From: Catajapyx aquilonaris
Lineage: Eukaryota
Assembly (NCBI GenBank): GCA_000934665.2
Contig: KZ538477.1
Span: 1-64,000, forward strand
Direction of reading: 5' to 3'
Length of the DNA stretch: 64,000 nt
Shown here in pieces: positions 54,166-64,000 of the stretch (its first letter is position 1; the number at the start of each line of letters is the position of its first letter). Under the pieces are notes generated by a model, which was not told the origin of the DNA, ran no database searches, and worked only from the letters and a program-made list of their open reading frames with translations. The translations under genes and the position numbers were made by a program.

Positions 54166-54938
54166 GTTGTGGTCTGAGAAGAAGAAAAAAAAAATTGCAG
54201 CCGTCATCTCTGGCCAAGATGGCGACTGTTCCTTCGCAGTTTCCCCAACACTTCTTCAGAGGTGTGACAGGAAGCAGCGAAGAGGGGGGGGGGAGGGGTG
54301 GAGAGGGAGAGGGAGGAGGGGAGAAATTTTTTTTGGAAATTTTTAAGACACCTGCTTAATGGGAGGGGGCGGTCACTTTTTTCGAAGAAAAAAGTCTTAA
54401 ATTGAATCATTCAAAAATTGAAGAATTCCGGTTTGTGTGGGCCGTCCCCAGCCCCCACCCTACCCTACCGCTGCCCAAGTGGGTGCATTTACCTTATACC
54501 TGGGTGTTCCATTCTCAAACCTATCACCCCTCCAAATATTTAATCCTACAATTTAAACTATAGGTCCCATCAAATCAGCAGCACATGCAAATTAATCGGC
54601 ACTATTTTTAGGGCATTTTCAATAGTTTGTTGCAGCCTGACCTTTGACCTGAAAGGCCCTAATATTAGGTTTTTGGTCTGGGGGCAGGTCCTACCTCGGT
54701 CTCCATCTGTCGGATCTTTCGTAATGAGACTTGTACATAGCACAGTACATAGCTACACAGTATATCTCTCGATGTGAAGAATAAGTATGCCTGGCCTGTT
54801 ATATATTAGTATGAATGTGACGTAGGTCCAATACAACCCTTACAATATAAGAGTATGATAAATGAAGTGAAGTTAAAACCATCAAAAAATTGCATTGGTA
54901 AATAGGCTAGACCTTCCGATTGACACGTGAGAGTGGAT

Positions 54939-55010
54939 GGTGCGAGCTGGCCGTGTGAGCAGCGCTCTCGACTCTCAATCTAGAGATCCGGGTTCAAATC
55001 CCGGGTGAGA
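54939..55010 (+). pseudogene. tRNA-like module C in the foldback spacer
   Basis: TGGCCGTGTGAGCAGCGC, CTCGA-CTCTCAA-TCTAG anticodon arm and CCGGG-TTCAAAT-CCCGG T-arm with a good B box. Confidence 0.65.
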
Positions 55011-57419
55011 GTGAGAGTCAAAATATTTGTTGCCATCATGAACGGCGCGACCTCTTCATCTTCCGGGACAATAAGATGACCAAAGAAGATGAGAGGGGCA
55101 CTCGAGGGAGGGGTGGGGAAGAAGAAATAAAATTATTTTTATTTCTTACATGAAAATAGACTATCTAAAACCGCGTCTACGATCTGCGCATCTCCACCCA
55201 CAGCGGGTGGGGGATTTATTATTTTATTAATCCAAACAGTGATGCCGAATGACCGTCCTGATGACCCCAAGGAGGTGTCGATGACCACTCCTCTACGTCA
55301 CATTCATACTAATACATCTGCCAACTACGTTTGGCTAGGGGCATACTGCTTCACATCGAGAGATATATACTGTATATCTATGTTCTGTGCTCTGTACAGT
55401 CTCATTACGAGAGATCCGACAGATGGAGACCGCTGTATATGCCCCGGCCCCTGACCAAAATCCTAATATTAGGGCCTTTCAGGTCAAAGGTCAGGCTGCA
55501 ACAAACTATTGAAAATGCCCTAAAAATAGTGCCGATTAATTTGCATGTGCTGCTGATTTGATGGGACCTATAGTTTAAATTGTAGGATTAAATATTTGGA
55601 GGGGTGATAGGTTTGAGAATGGAACTCCCAGGTATAAGGTAAATGCACCCACTTGGGCAGAGGTAGGGTGGGGGCTGGGGATGGCCCACACAAACCGGAA
55701 TTCTTCAATTTTTGAATGATTAAATTTAAGACTTTTTTCTTCGAAAAAAGTGACCGCCCCCTCCCATTAAGCAGGTGTCTTAAAAATTTCTTAAAAATTT
55801 CCAAAAAAATTTTCTCCCCTCCCCCTCTTTCCTCCCCCTCTCCACCCCTCCCCCCCCCCTCTTCGCTGCTCATCCTCCGACACCTTCTGATGAAGAAGTG
55901 TTGGGGAAACTGCGAAGGAACAGTCGCCATCTTGGCCAGAGATGACGGCTGCAAATTTTTTTTCTTCTTCTTTCTTTCTTCTCAGACCACAACCGAAGAA
56001 GCCCCGGGATTAGATCCCAGGACCCTTCGATCGAGAGTCCGATGCGCTACCACAGAACCACGCTCTGGCGCAACGAGATTGTGTGTGTTGGAACGGTCTA
56101 GCCTATTTACCAGATGCAGTATGTATTACAATAATATTTTAAAGGGAAGGAAAAAGGACTTGTATATACAAGATAAAAGCGGAAATCGGGGAAAATGAGG
56201 CAGTCTCCAGAGGGATTCGAACCCGCAACCTCAGATCAGGAGGAAGACGCCTTAGCCCCACGCCCACAGGCTACTTGTATTTTCCACCCATGAAAAACAT
56301 GTACTGCCCATTCCGTCAGAAAATCGGAGGGAGAATGACTGGCGGGTTTCGGCTATAAGATTTTTATGGCTCCTTATTTGTTTATTTATTTATTTATTTA
56401 TTACTTCGCCTTTACAAATGCAGGTTATTAAAATCTACCCCACTTGTACTCACAGGTTCTGGATACGACATTTTTTTATTGCCTCCCTGTTCCTTCTCAG
56501 AGCATATGCGAATCTGAAGATTGCGAAGGTATCAAATGTACGTAATAAGAAATTTAATTGCATTTTGTCACAACATATTGCAAGTTTCAAATATCGTTTA
56601 TTTTGTGCACCATATGTAATTACACGCCAAGATAAACGATTGATGGTCGATCTTCTGAAACTGCTGCGCTCCAGCCTTCCTGTAATACAATAGGGAAAGA
56701 CTTGTTTTCATTTATAATTTAAGTACACCTGATAAACTACACATCAGCACTGGGCAGAATCAGTGTTTCACAATTTTTTACATACCAGTATTTTTAAAAA
56801 AAAATCAGTGTCGGTGTCTCCTCATATGGTGGGTGGATATGCGCAGAACACCGACATAGCAAATTGCTGGAAAATTGTGCTGATTATGTTGGTCATGTAT
56901 AGAAGAAATCTTTTTGTGTTCCGCAATTTACAGGTTTTTACTCTAATATAAGTTAGTAACACCCAAGCACACCCAGTATAGTATTGAGGGCATGTGTTAG
57001 CTCCAGCACTTTAGGAACGAACCGCAGCTCTCTATAGTGCAATTTGATTATACGACCTCCTGTTATATCCACACTATCCTTTTATCGCAGCTAAGCGGGG
57101 AGTCTTCTTCAGGCATGAAATTTTTAACTGGAAGCCCCGTTCAAATATTTATCACTCCGTCCATTCCTCTTTATATGAAGCAACACAGCCAGAGAGTAGA
57201 GCCTTGCATCATTGGCCATTATGCATGCCCCTCTTGGTAACCAATGCGCCGCAGTGATTGGGCTTTTTTTAGCAACACATGCATGGCGACTGATGTTTGA
57301 AATTGCATGAATTTGTCACTTTGATAATGTTACTTTCTATAGGAATATGTACCAACTAGCGCTCTGGTAGCCTCACATTTTCAGATGTTATCTCACCGCC
57401 ATTGCGATATCTTCCGCAG

Positions 57420-57557
57420 GGTAGCGACGCTCATGGTATTGTCGAGCCATCCGAGGGTACCGGTAGCGCCTTGTGTTTCGTCCTCCTCGACAAACGTGGC
57501 GATCTGGTCACGCTCATCGGAGACATGCAGGCTCACCGTTCCATTACTCCGCAGCAT
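57420..57557 (+). CDS. PfkB-family kinase, internal exon B
   Basis: Acceptor CTTCCGCAG and donor GTAAGT; 138 nt, phase 0/0; GSDAHGIVEPSEGTGSALCFVLLDKRGDLVTLIGDMQAHRSITPQH matches the T....v.lD..Gd....i.DM segment of pseudouridine kinases. Not in the ORF track; translated by hand. Confidence 0.85.
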
Positions 57558-57973
57558 GTAAGTCATCCCGAAATTTCTTAAAGTTGTGCCAGTCATGTCC
57601 GCTGGCGTATAAATTCAATGCAAGCCTGGAGAGAGGGTGGGGGAGAACTCATATATCAAAGAGCCCCTCCACTTTGGGATGGTGTGGGGCGTGGTGCAAG
57701 ATGGGGGGCCATAAATATCTGGTTTAATGGCCCATGCGGCCCTGATCCGGAGGCATTTTCATGGCGATACACTGGAGTGGAGGACGGGCTTGTTTAACGT
57801 ATTTCCCATTCAGGGTGCAACACACTTTTTTTTTTTTTGGCAAAGTAAAATCCATCTCGTCCCCCGATCTTTTACAGTATTGGGAAGTAACAGAGCAAAA
57901 AGTTATTGCGGTTACATTTGTCGTAACGAATTTGGCTGTAGGCGACGAACTAATAGACATTAACTGTTAACAG

Positions 57974-58088
57974 ATCGAACAGTACAAGCGTCACATACAA
58001 GCAAGTCCATTGGTCGTAATTGATGGAAACATATCAATCGAAGCGATGGACACAACTCTGCGGATATGTATGGAAGAAAAAGTGCCGG
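57974..58088 (+). CDS. PfkB-family kinase, internal exon C (gene continues beyond)
   Basis: Acceptor TTAACAG and donor GTGAGT; 115 nt, phase 0/1; IEQYKRHIQASPLVVIDGNISIEAMDTTLRICMEEKVP contains the vvvD(G/A)N motif; in frame with exons A and B. Confidence 0.85.
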
Positions 58089-59085
58089 GTGAGTACAATT
58101 TAAAATGTATTTTATTTCGTGGGTAACCACATATAAATGACAATAAGTACCAAAAAAGAAAAATCACACTTTCCATTCTGGATATTACAAAATGGTTATC
58201 AAAAAAGCAACAACATGTGCGTGTTACACATTCTAAAGTGCAGCCAAAATGTTTAAATGCACAGTTTTAAAGATTGTCAGTGGGGGGGTACAATTTCTCT
58301 GCGATTATACCTGAAGTAATGGATAGTCTCGAGTAATTCAGAGACAGGCACTAGTGTGAATTTGTCGTTTTAGTATGAACTGTCATGAGATTAATATTGC
58401 TGCATTGTGGCCTGGGTAAATCCTATAGAGACATGAACGGACAGTAACACAGACGATACGTTTGGTCCCCCTACTTTTAAGTGAGATTCCCTAATAATTT
58501 GTGCTACGGTTAACGAGATAACCAGTTATACAATACTTCTTTGTAAAACATCACTCTTCGGAAAAAATCAGATTCTTGACTATAAATGCAGCTGCCCGAG
58601 ATATATATGTAAGAATTTAATTTTTAAAGTACAATACGCAAAGCAATATTTCGTAATAATTTTCTGATATGTGCATGATGCAAATGACTCGTAAATATGG
58701 CCCAATATAAATTCGTCGCAACTTATTCAGGGTGTTGTTATAATATTATCATAATTCAAAAAATGGTCAACTAATAACACTTTTACAAACAATTCTGTAT
58801 GCACCATTAAGTTTAAATCTGAACATATAAATTGTTAGTTTCGACTGCACGATTTACAGTAATTGTGCCCAGAAAAACGTATAGTAACTTTATAGTACAA
58901 AACACTTCAAGTAGCTGAACCTGTAACAATAATTACAACTCGGGAAATGCGATACCGCAAAAAATATCTGCATGGGCGTTATAACTAAATGATAATCCTG
59001 ATAAGCAACACCCCCTAAGCTGCTGTATATAAAATCAGTCGTCTACACGGTGCAATTTATAAATCCGGAAAGTGTCGTACGCTGC

Positions 59086-59510
59086 TTACATATACCCATG
59101 CGAATGGAAGCCGTGAGAGGATCCATTGGTCTGCTGCATTTGCATCACGAGATTCCGGCTCTCCTGCCTGCGGTTCCAAGCGCGGTGGCAATCAGCGAAG
59201 AAGCAAAGAGCGGTGGCCATATGGCCAAAGAATGCGATTACAGCGAAACTGTAGGACCAGCTCAAGTAGTTGAAGTTCGGGTAGAGAAGCCAGTCACGCC
59301 TCCAGCATTGGCCGCCAAACACGGCAACGGCCAGGAAGAGAAATCCGCCGGCAAGTGCGGACGAAACGGCCGCAACTCCAGACAAGAACCATTCGTAGCG
59401 GAGAACCATATGGAGAGGCCAGCGGATAAGTTCAAGCGCAACTATCACCTGAGCGCCAAGACTCAGCATCAGAGCCATCGTCACGAAAGCCTGGACCACC
59501 ATCAGCCAAC
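59086..59510 (-). CDS. pck: Megatrachea/pickel-like septate-junction claudin, coding exon 4 (last)
   Basis: Acceptor TTTTTGACAG; GWLMVVQAFVTMALML...YEW...FGGQCWRRDWLLYPNFNYLSWSYSFAV...NLVMQMQ...HGYM then stop TAA at 59086-59088. Confidence 0.9.
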
Positions 59511-59569
59511 CTGTCAAAAAAATATTTAATTAGCACGCTGCTTAGTGCGCAATCCACGGGCCAAATTAC

Positions 59570-59745
59570 CAGGCATAAGCCACTCTCGGATGATAAGAAA
59601 CTCCTCGCTGAAGACATAGTGGCAACCGCTGAACAGCTTGTCGAACTGGTAGGCAGGGTAACGGAAGCGGTGGAAGCAGAACTCCCAGAGGCCCATTCGC
59701 TTGAAGGGACTGAACGTCTCGTCCCAGGACACCAGCCAGTACGGA
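59570..59745 (-). CDS. pck: Megatrachea/pickel-like claudin, coding exon 3
   Basis: Acceptor AATTACAG and donor G|GTAATT; SPYWLVSWDETFSPFKRMGLWEFCFHRFRYPAYQFDKLFSGCHYVFSEEFLIIREWLMPG contains the claudin W-GLW-C-C signature. Confidence 0.92.
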
Positions 59746-59807
59746 CTGTAATTAAAATGACAGGTAATTAGCACAGACCAAACGTCGATCAAACGTTGCA
59801 GACGAAC

Positions 59808-59874
59808 CTGGCAAACGACATGAGAAGAAGCAGCCCCGAGATGAAGGCGCAGATCCCGCCGAAGAGGAGAGCAT
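59808..59874 (-). CDS. pck: Megatrachea/pickel-like claudin, coding exon 2 (TM1)
   Basis: Acceptor TCTTTCAG and donor AG|GTTCGT; 67 nt, phase 1/2; NALLFGGICAFISGLLLLMSFAS; phases fit both neighbouring exons. Confidence 0.88.
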
Positions 59875-60039
59875 CTGAAAGATTAGGCACAAGTTAACGA
59901 ACGCTACAAAAATTAGCTTAATTAATGCAATTTTAACGACCAATTAACGCGATTTCCCCCAAAAAAGCACTGTTTGGCCCATAAAGGGGTAAATAGAGTA
60001 AAATAATAATAATTAATGCGATGTTAACGGCCAACAGTA

Positions 60040-60295
60040 CAGCACAGTAATTATTCTACAGGAACTGTAGTACAGTCAAGTAATTACAGCAATTATTCTA
60101 CAGGACGTGTAGTACAGTAATTACAGTAATTATTCTACAGGACGTGTAGTACAGTAATTATAGTAATTTTTCGTGTAGTACAGTACAGTAATTACAGTAA
60201 TTTTCCTACAGGACGTGTAGTACAGTAATGACAGTAATTTTTCTACAGGACGTACAGTACAGTAGAGTAATTACAATAATTTCTGTACAGGAAGC
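60040..60295. repeat. Degenerate tandem repeat in claudin intron 1
   Basis: TACAGTAATT(A/T)TTCTACAGGACGTGTAG variants. Confidence 0.8.
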
Positions 60296-61044
60296 GCTTT
60301 CCTTTAAAATACATATTAATACATAATACGTTAATACCTGTCAGGTAATTAATACTTTAATACATAATTAATGTGATTTTCACGACCAACAATTACCGTA
60401 TTGCAGTAATTTTTCTACAGGAAAACTTCCCTTTACTGTAGGTCTTTTAAATACATTGCTGTGTTTGCTGCATTATTTAATAATTCATATGCTGCGATAC
60501 CTTTTTTTAATTATTTCCCCCCCCCCCCCTCTTTATTCTTTAATTTCATTAGCGTAATTTTAACAACCAACAATATTATTATTGCACGCAGTAATTATTG
60601 TGTACAGGAAGCATTTTTTTCCTTACTGAATTCTTTAAAATATGTATCCGGCATTACGTTTGCAGCATTAATATGCCGTCCGACCATTCTTAATTAAGAT
60701 TAGGTAACGAGATCAAGCGCATAATCGCATCAGACTTAATTGGCTTAACGAGGAGGCGGAGGATGACATTCATCCCGCCCCGTTCCCCCGAAGGCCGCTT
60801 GCCAAGTACCGCATGTCAATTAACTTGCACTTAGAATAATTGCAGGGTACATAAAATGTAAGACCTTGTAGGGGTGTTGGCACCACTGGCAATGTGTCAC
60901 ATGACCTCAATGGGCCAATCCCAGCTAAGATTGGGATCACGTGACTATCAGGGGTGCCGCCAATTCCAGTTATTTCTTGACACGTTTTGACATGTGACCT
61001 CTTCGTTTTGACCTGTGACCTCTGTGTGTGTGAGATATACTGAC

Positions 61045-61132
61045 TGGATGCCTTGGGTATCTGGTACTTCTCGGTGGAAGCGACGCTGGGCGTGTCCGGT
61101 CTGGATGACGGCGTCCGACTGCTGCCCTTCAT
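61045..61132 (-). CDS. pck: Megatrachea/pickel-like claudin, coding exon 1
   Basis: ATG at 61132; MKGSSRTPSSRPDTPSVASTEKYQIPKAS followed by donor A|GTCAGT (phase 1); joins to give ...PKASNALLFGG; total CDS 88+67+176+425 = 756 nt (251 aa plus stop). Confidence 0.8.
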
Positions 61133-61967
61133 CTTGTTGCCCCTTCTTCTTCTTCTTCTTCTTCTTCTCGGCAGGCAGCTAAGGGCGTCGTCGACGTCGT
61201 CGGGGGGGACGTCCGGAAGAAAAACCCCGGAAGAAACAACAACAGACAAAAGACACGGGGCGACGCCCCAACACACACACCAAAACGGGTTGGCAACACT
61301 GGGGGAAAATGAGAAGAAGAAAAACAAAGACACAAATCGCGGTCGCAGCTACACGAAAATAGCCGCTACTCCTATCTACAGTTGCGAGCTGCCAGCCACA
61401 ATCGCGCATAACACCGTCCGTCCCGCCCAATAGCTGTTTCTGGCATTCCTTTTCCTCGGGCCGATTGCAGCACAGCGGCTACGCGTAGCTGTTACTTTGT
61501 GTCGTGTGTCCCCATCTGGCGGAAGGATTGCGAACTTGCTGCCGCGCCCTTATGAAAAGTTACGGTACCGTAATTTTTTTTTTTTTTTTTTTGCGAACAA
61601 TTATTTCGCAATTATTTGCAATTGCACACACACGGATATATTGCGGAAGGCAAAAAATATTGGATGTAATTGCATGGTTGCGAAGGGCACAGGGGGTAAT
61701 GCAACAGGTGTGGTCCGTATACTTTCCATCTGTATGCACCACAGTACAGGGTGTGCGGTATTGCAATTAAAGCAGAATTCCGTTGCTTTACTGGAAATTA
61801 AAACGATAATTATTTATGTAGTGGGTGTCACTTGGTCTACACATGCTTCGCTAGCATGACAATTTGGTTCGATTAACAATCATGCGGCATAATAAGCATT
61901 ACTCGTAAGTCTTCTTTTACGTTTAAAATTTAAATCGGCCAACAGTTTAAATTTTGACATGTTAGCA

Positions 61968-62545
61968 TGGGTTAGGCCTGGGTTAGGTGTAAGGTTAGTC
62001 AGTTAAGTTAAGGTGTAAGGTTAGTCGGTAAAGTTTAAGTTTAACGTTAGTCGGTAAAGTTTGAGTTTAAGGTTAGTCGGTTAGTTAAGGTAAGATTAAA
62101 GGTTGGTCAGTAAAGTTTCGGGTTAAGGTTAGTCGGTTAACTTTAGGTGTAAGGTTAGTCGTAAAGTTAAGGTTAGTCGTAAAGTTTAGGTTTAAGGTTA
62201 GTCGGTTAGTGAAGTTAAGATTTAAGGTTAGTCGGTAAAGTTTAGGGTTAAGGTTAGTCGGTTAACTTTAGAGTTAAGGTTAGTCGTAAAGTTTAGGTTT
62301 AAGGTTAGTCGGTTAGTGAAGTTTAGGTTTAAGGTTAGTCGTAAAGTTTAGGTTTAAGGTTAGTCGGTAAAGTTAAGGTTTAAAGTTAGTTGGTAAAGTT
62401 AAGGTTTAAGGTTGGTCGGTTGTAGCAAGTGCTCTTGGTTATAGGTTAGGTTACATTAAGTTAGGCTAGTTTAGGTTATGTTTAATGATAGGTTATAGGT
62501 TAGGTTTAGACATAGGTTACGTTACGTTAGTGTAAGGTTAAGTTA
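61968..62545. repeat. GGTTA/TTAAGG-rich minisatellite (~25-bp unit)
   Basis: TTTAAGGTTAGTCGGTAAAGTTTAGG variants in tandem. Confidence 0.9.
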
Positions 62546-64000
62546 TTTTAGATTCACAATGTAAGAAGTGGCTTAACTCCTTCGTAATATTCATACACCC
62601 TGTACATTGCAACATCTGCTGTGTTGTGAAAACACTAGGGCACTAACATCATACTCTGTTTACATGCATAAAAAGGCAAGGTGAACTGGGCGTTGGTACG
62701 CTGCAAATTGAGGGATAAACAAATTGGCAAATAAGACTTAAACGTGCTTTTTTTATTATTATTCAGTGCTTCTCTGCACCTTCTTTTTAAAACACGTGGT
62801 AACAAGTACAAGAATAAAAGTGTCGCTCTATAACCTAACCAGGCTCTTTTTTTTTTTTTTGGACGGGATTTGTTTCGTACTATGGAACTACTTCCATGGA
62901 AATGTTCTCACTCATTATGGTAATGATCACGAACAAAAAAAAAAAAAAAAAATGAGAGATTCCCAGTAGGGGCCTTCCGAGAATTGGACGGAAGCGGCAT
63001 GTCCTTGCATGACACAGACATTGTGAGAAAAGTCCTTGGCCACATTTACACATCTCAGGGAACAAAATAACTCCGTATGTACACTTTTGAGTGGGTTAAC
63101 TGGCTGACGATAATTGTTTAAAAAAAAAAAAACACGAGAGAAAATCTACACATGGCACTAGTGATACAAGGTGTGCATTTTAAGAAAAAAAAGTACTTTC
63201 AAACGTGGAATTACGTATCCAGCATGAGATTCAAATGTACGTTCTTGCAAATATGTCGCACACATGTACGAACAATGGCATAATCTCACCGGGACGCACC
63301 CTGTACAATGTAATACCAAAATAAACGTGTGCGGCACAAAACAGCTGTAGAAAACATATGCAACGCCGTTTAAGTGCGACAACTAAAGTATCCAAAAATA
63401 AAGTTTTCGCAAATTAATGTGCCAGTCTAATTACCCTCTAAACTACGCGATTGGTTTTTAAAAAAATGCCTCGGGAAAAGACCATGACCTGTTTCTAATT
63501 CTCACGGTACTTTTTTTAAAAAAAGGGACGTGCACAGACATATATGAGCTGCCAAATAAAATAACGGAACCCCACATTTCATTTGAGGAGATAAAACCAT
63601 GCAGTAATTGCCCATTTCGGCTAAAATAAGTCAGCTGTCAAAAACATTCGACGTTTCAGTAATCAGAATCAATGCGAGATTCGCAACATTTGCACTTAAA
63701 ATGCCGTACGTAATTTTACATACTGTCACAGTTTGAACCTTAACGTAAAAAAGTAAGTATGAAATTCCCAGAATCTCGGTCAGGTCAGCTTAACGCTCGG
63801 AAACCGCCCCATTCATGCTAAGAGATTCGTTTGACTATCACTGCAATGGTTAACCCCGCGTCTCATGACGATTATGCCTCGATCTCGGCGACCACTTTTT
63901 AAGCCTGTGAGGTGGCCGGACCCTTAGCTTCGAGCGAGTACGCCCCGTGAGCCTCCCTGAGCCACCTCCGCTTCTTCTGAACCTTGGCTTCAACCAGGAA

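Larger units (their letters stand above)
53394..56749. mobile_element. 3.36-kb foldback element of unknown family: arms 53394-54825 and 55293-56749, spacer 467 bp
   Basis: TGCTGATGTGTAGTTTATCAGGTGTACTTAAATTATA... is mirrored by ...TATAATTTAAGTACACCTGATAAACTACACATCAGCA; inverted homology continues to TATTAGTATGAATGTGACGTAG / CTACGTCACATTCATACTAATA; no TSD or coding ORF seen. Confidence 0.9.

Noticed and set aside
55257..55290. Hammerhead ribozyme (CTGATGA...CGA) in the foldback spacer, and CTGATGA...GAAAC near 55888
   Set aside because: The first lacks the GAAA core, the second lacks a pairing stem II, and no stems I or III are evident
53885..56274. Functional tRNA genes
   Set aside because: Anticodon and D stems are poorly paired and the units are embedded in a repeat; treated as tRNA-derived modules pending tRNAscan-SE
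57385..57419. Alternative acceptor TTTTCAG at 57384 for kinase exon B
   Set aside because: It would add 35 nt and shift the frame
59050..59529. 159-aa plus-strand ORF
   Set aside because: Antisense shadow of the claudin last exon; the same applies to 3875-4321, 57393-57596 and 61053-61433

Overview
Repeat-rich eukaryotic genomic DNA, probably from an arthropod (spliceosomal GT-AG introns, a Megatrachea-type invertebrate claudin, TTAGG-like tracts), with one 304-nt assembly gap. Nearly all ORF-track entries are spurious. Three genes are supported. (1) A minus-strand exon of a probable tetraspanin-type membrane protein (about 3.8-4.3 kb). (2) Three plus-strand internal exons of a PfkB-family kinase resembling the pseudouridine kinase domain (51858-58088), continuing beyond the window. 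(3) A complete 4-exon, 251-aa Megatrachea/pickel-like claudin on the minus strand (59086-61132), apparently nested in an intron of the kinase gene. The rest is a dense, often nested set of non-autonomous elements: a 7-bp-TSD P-like MITE (4 copies), hAT, PIF/Harbinger, Tc1/mariner-like and CACT-ended MITEs, Helitron-like pieces, a tRNA-SINE, an integrase relic and several minisatellites. The most unusual structure is a 3.36-kb foldback (53394-56749, arms about 1.4 kb) with no visible TSD, carrying five tRNA-like/Pol III modules inside a kinase intron. Also notable are two oppositely oriented arrays of a 49-bp unit containing an insect-CTCF-like motif, about 47 kb apart. All family assignments are from recalled motifs; no database searches were run.
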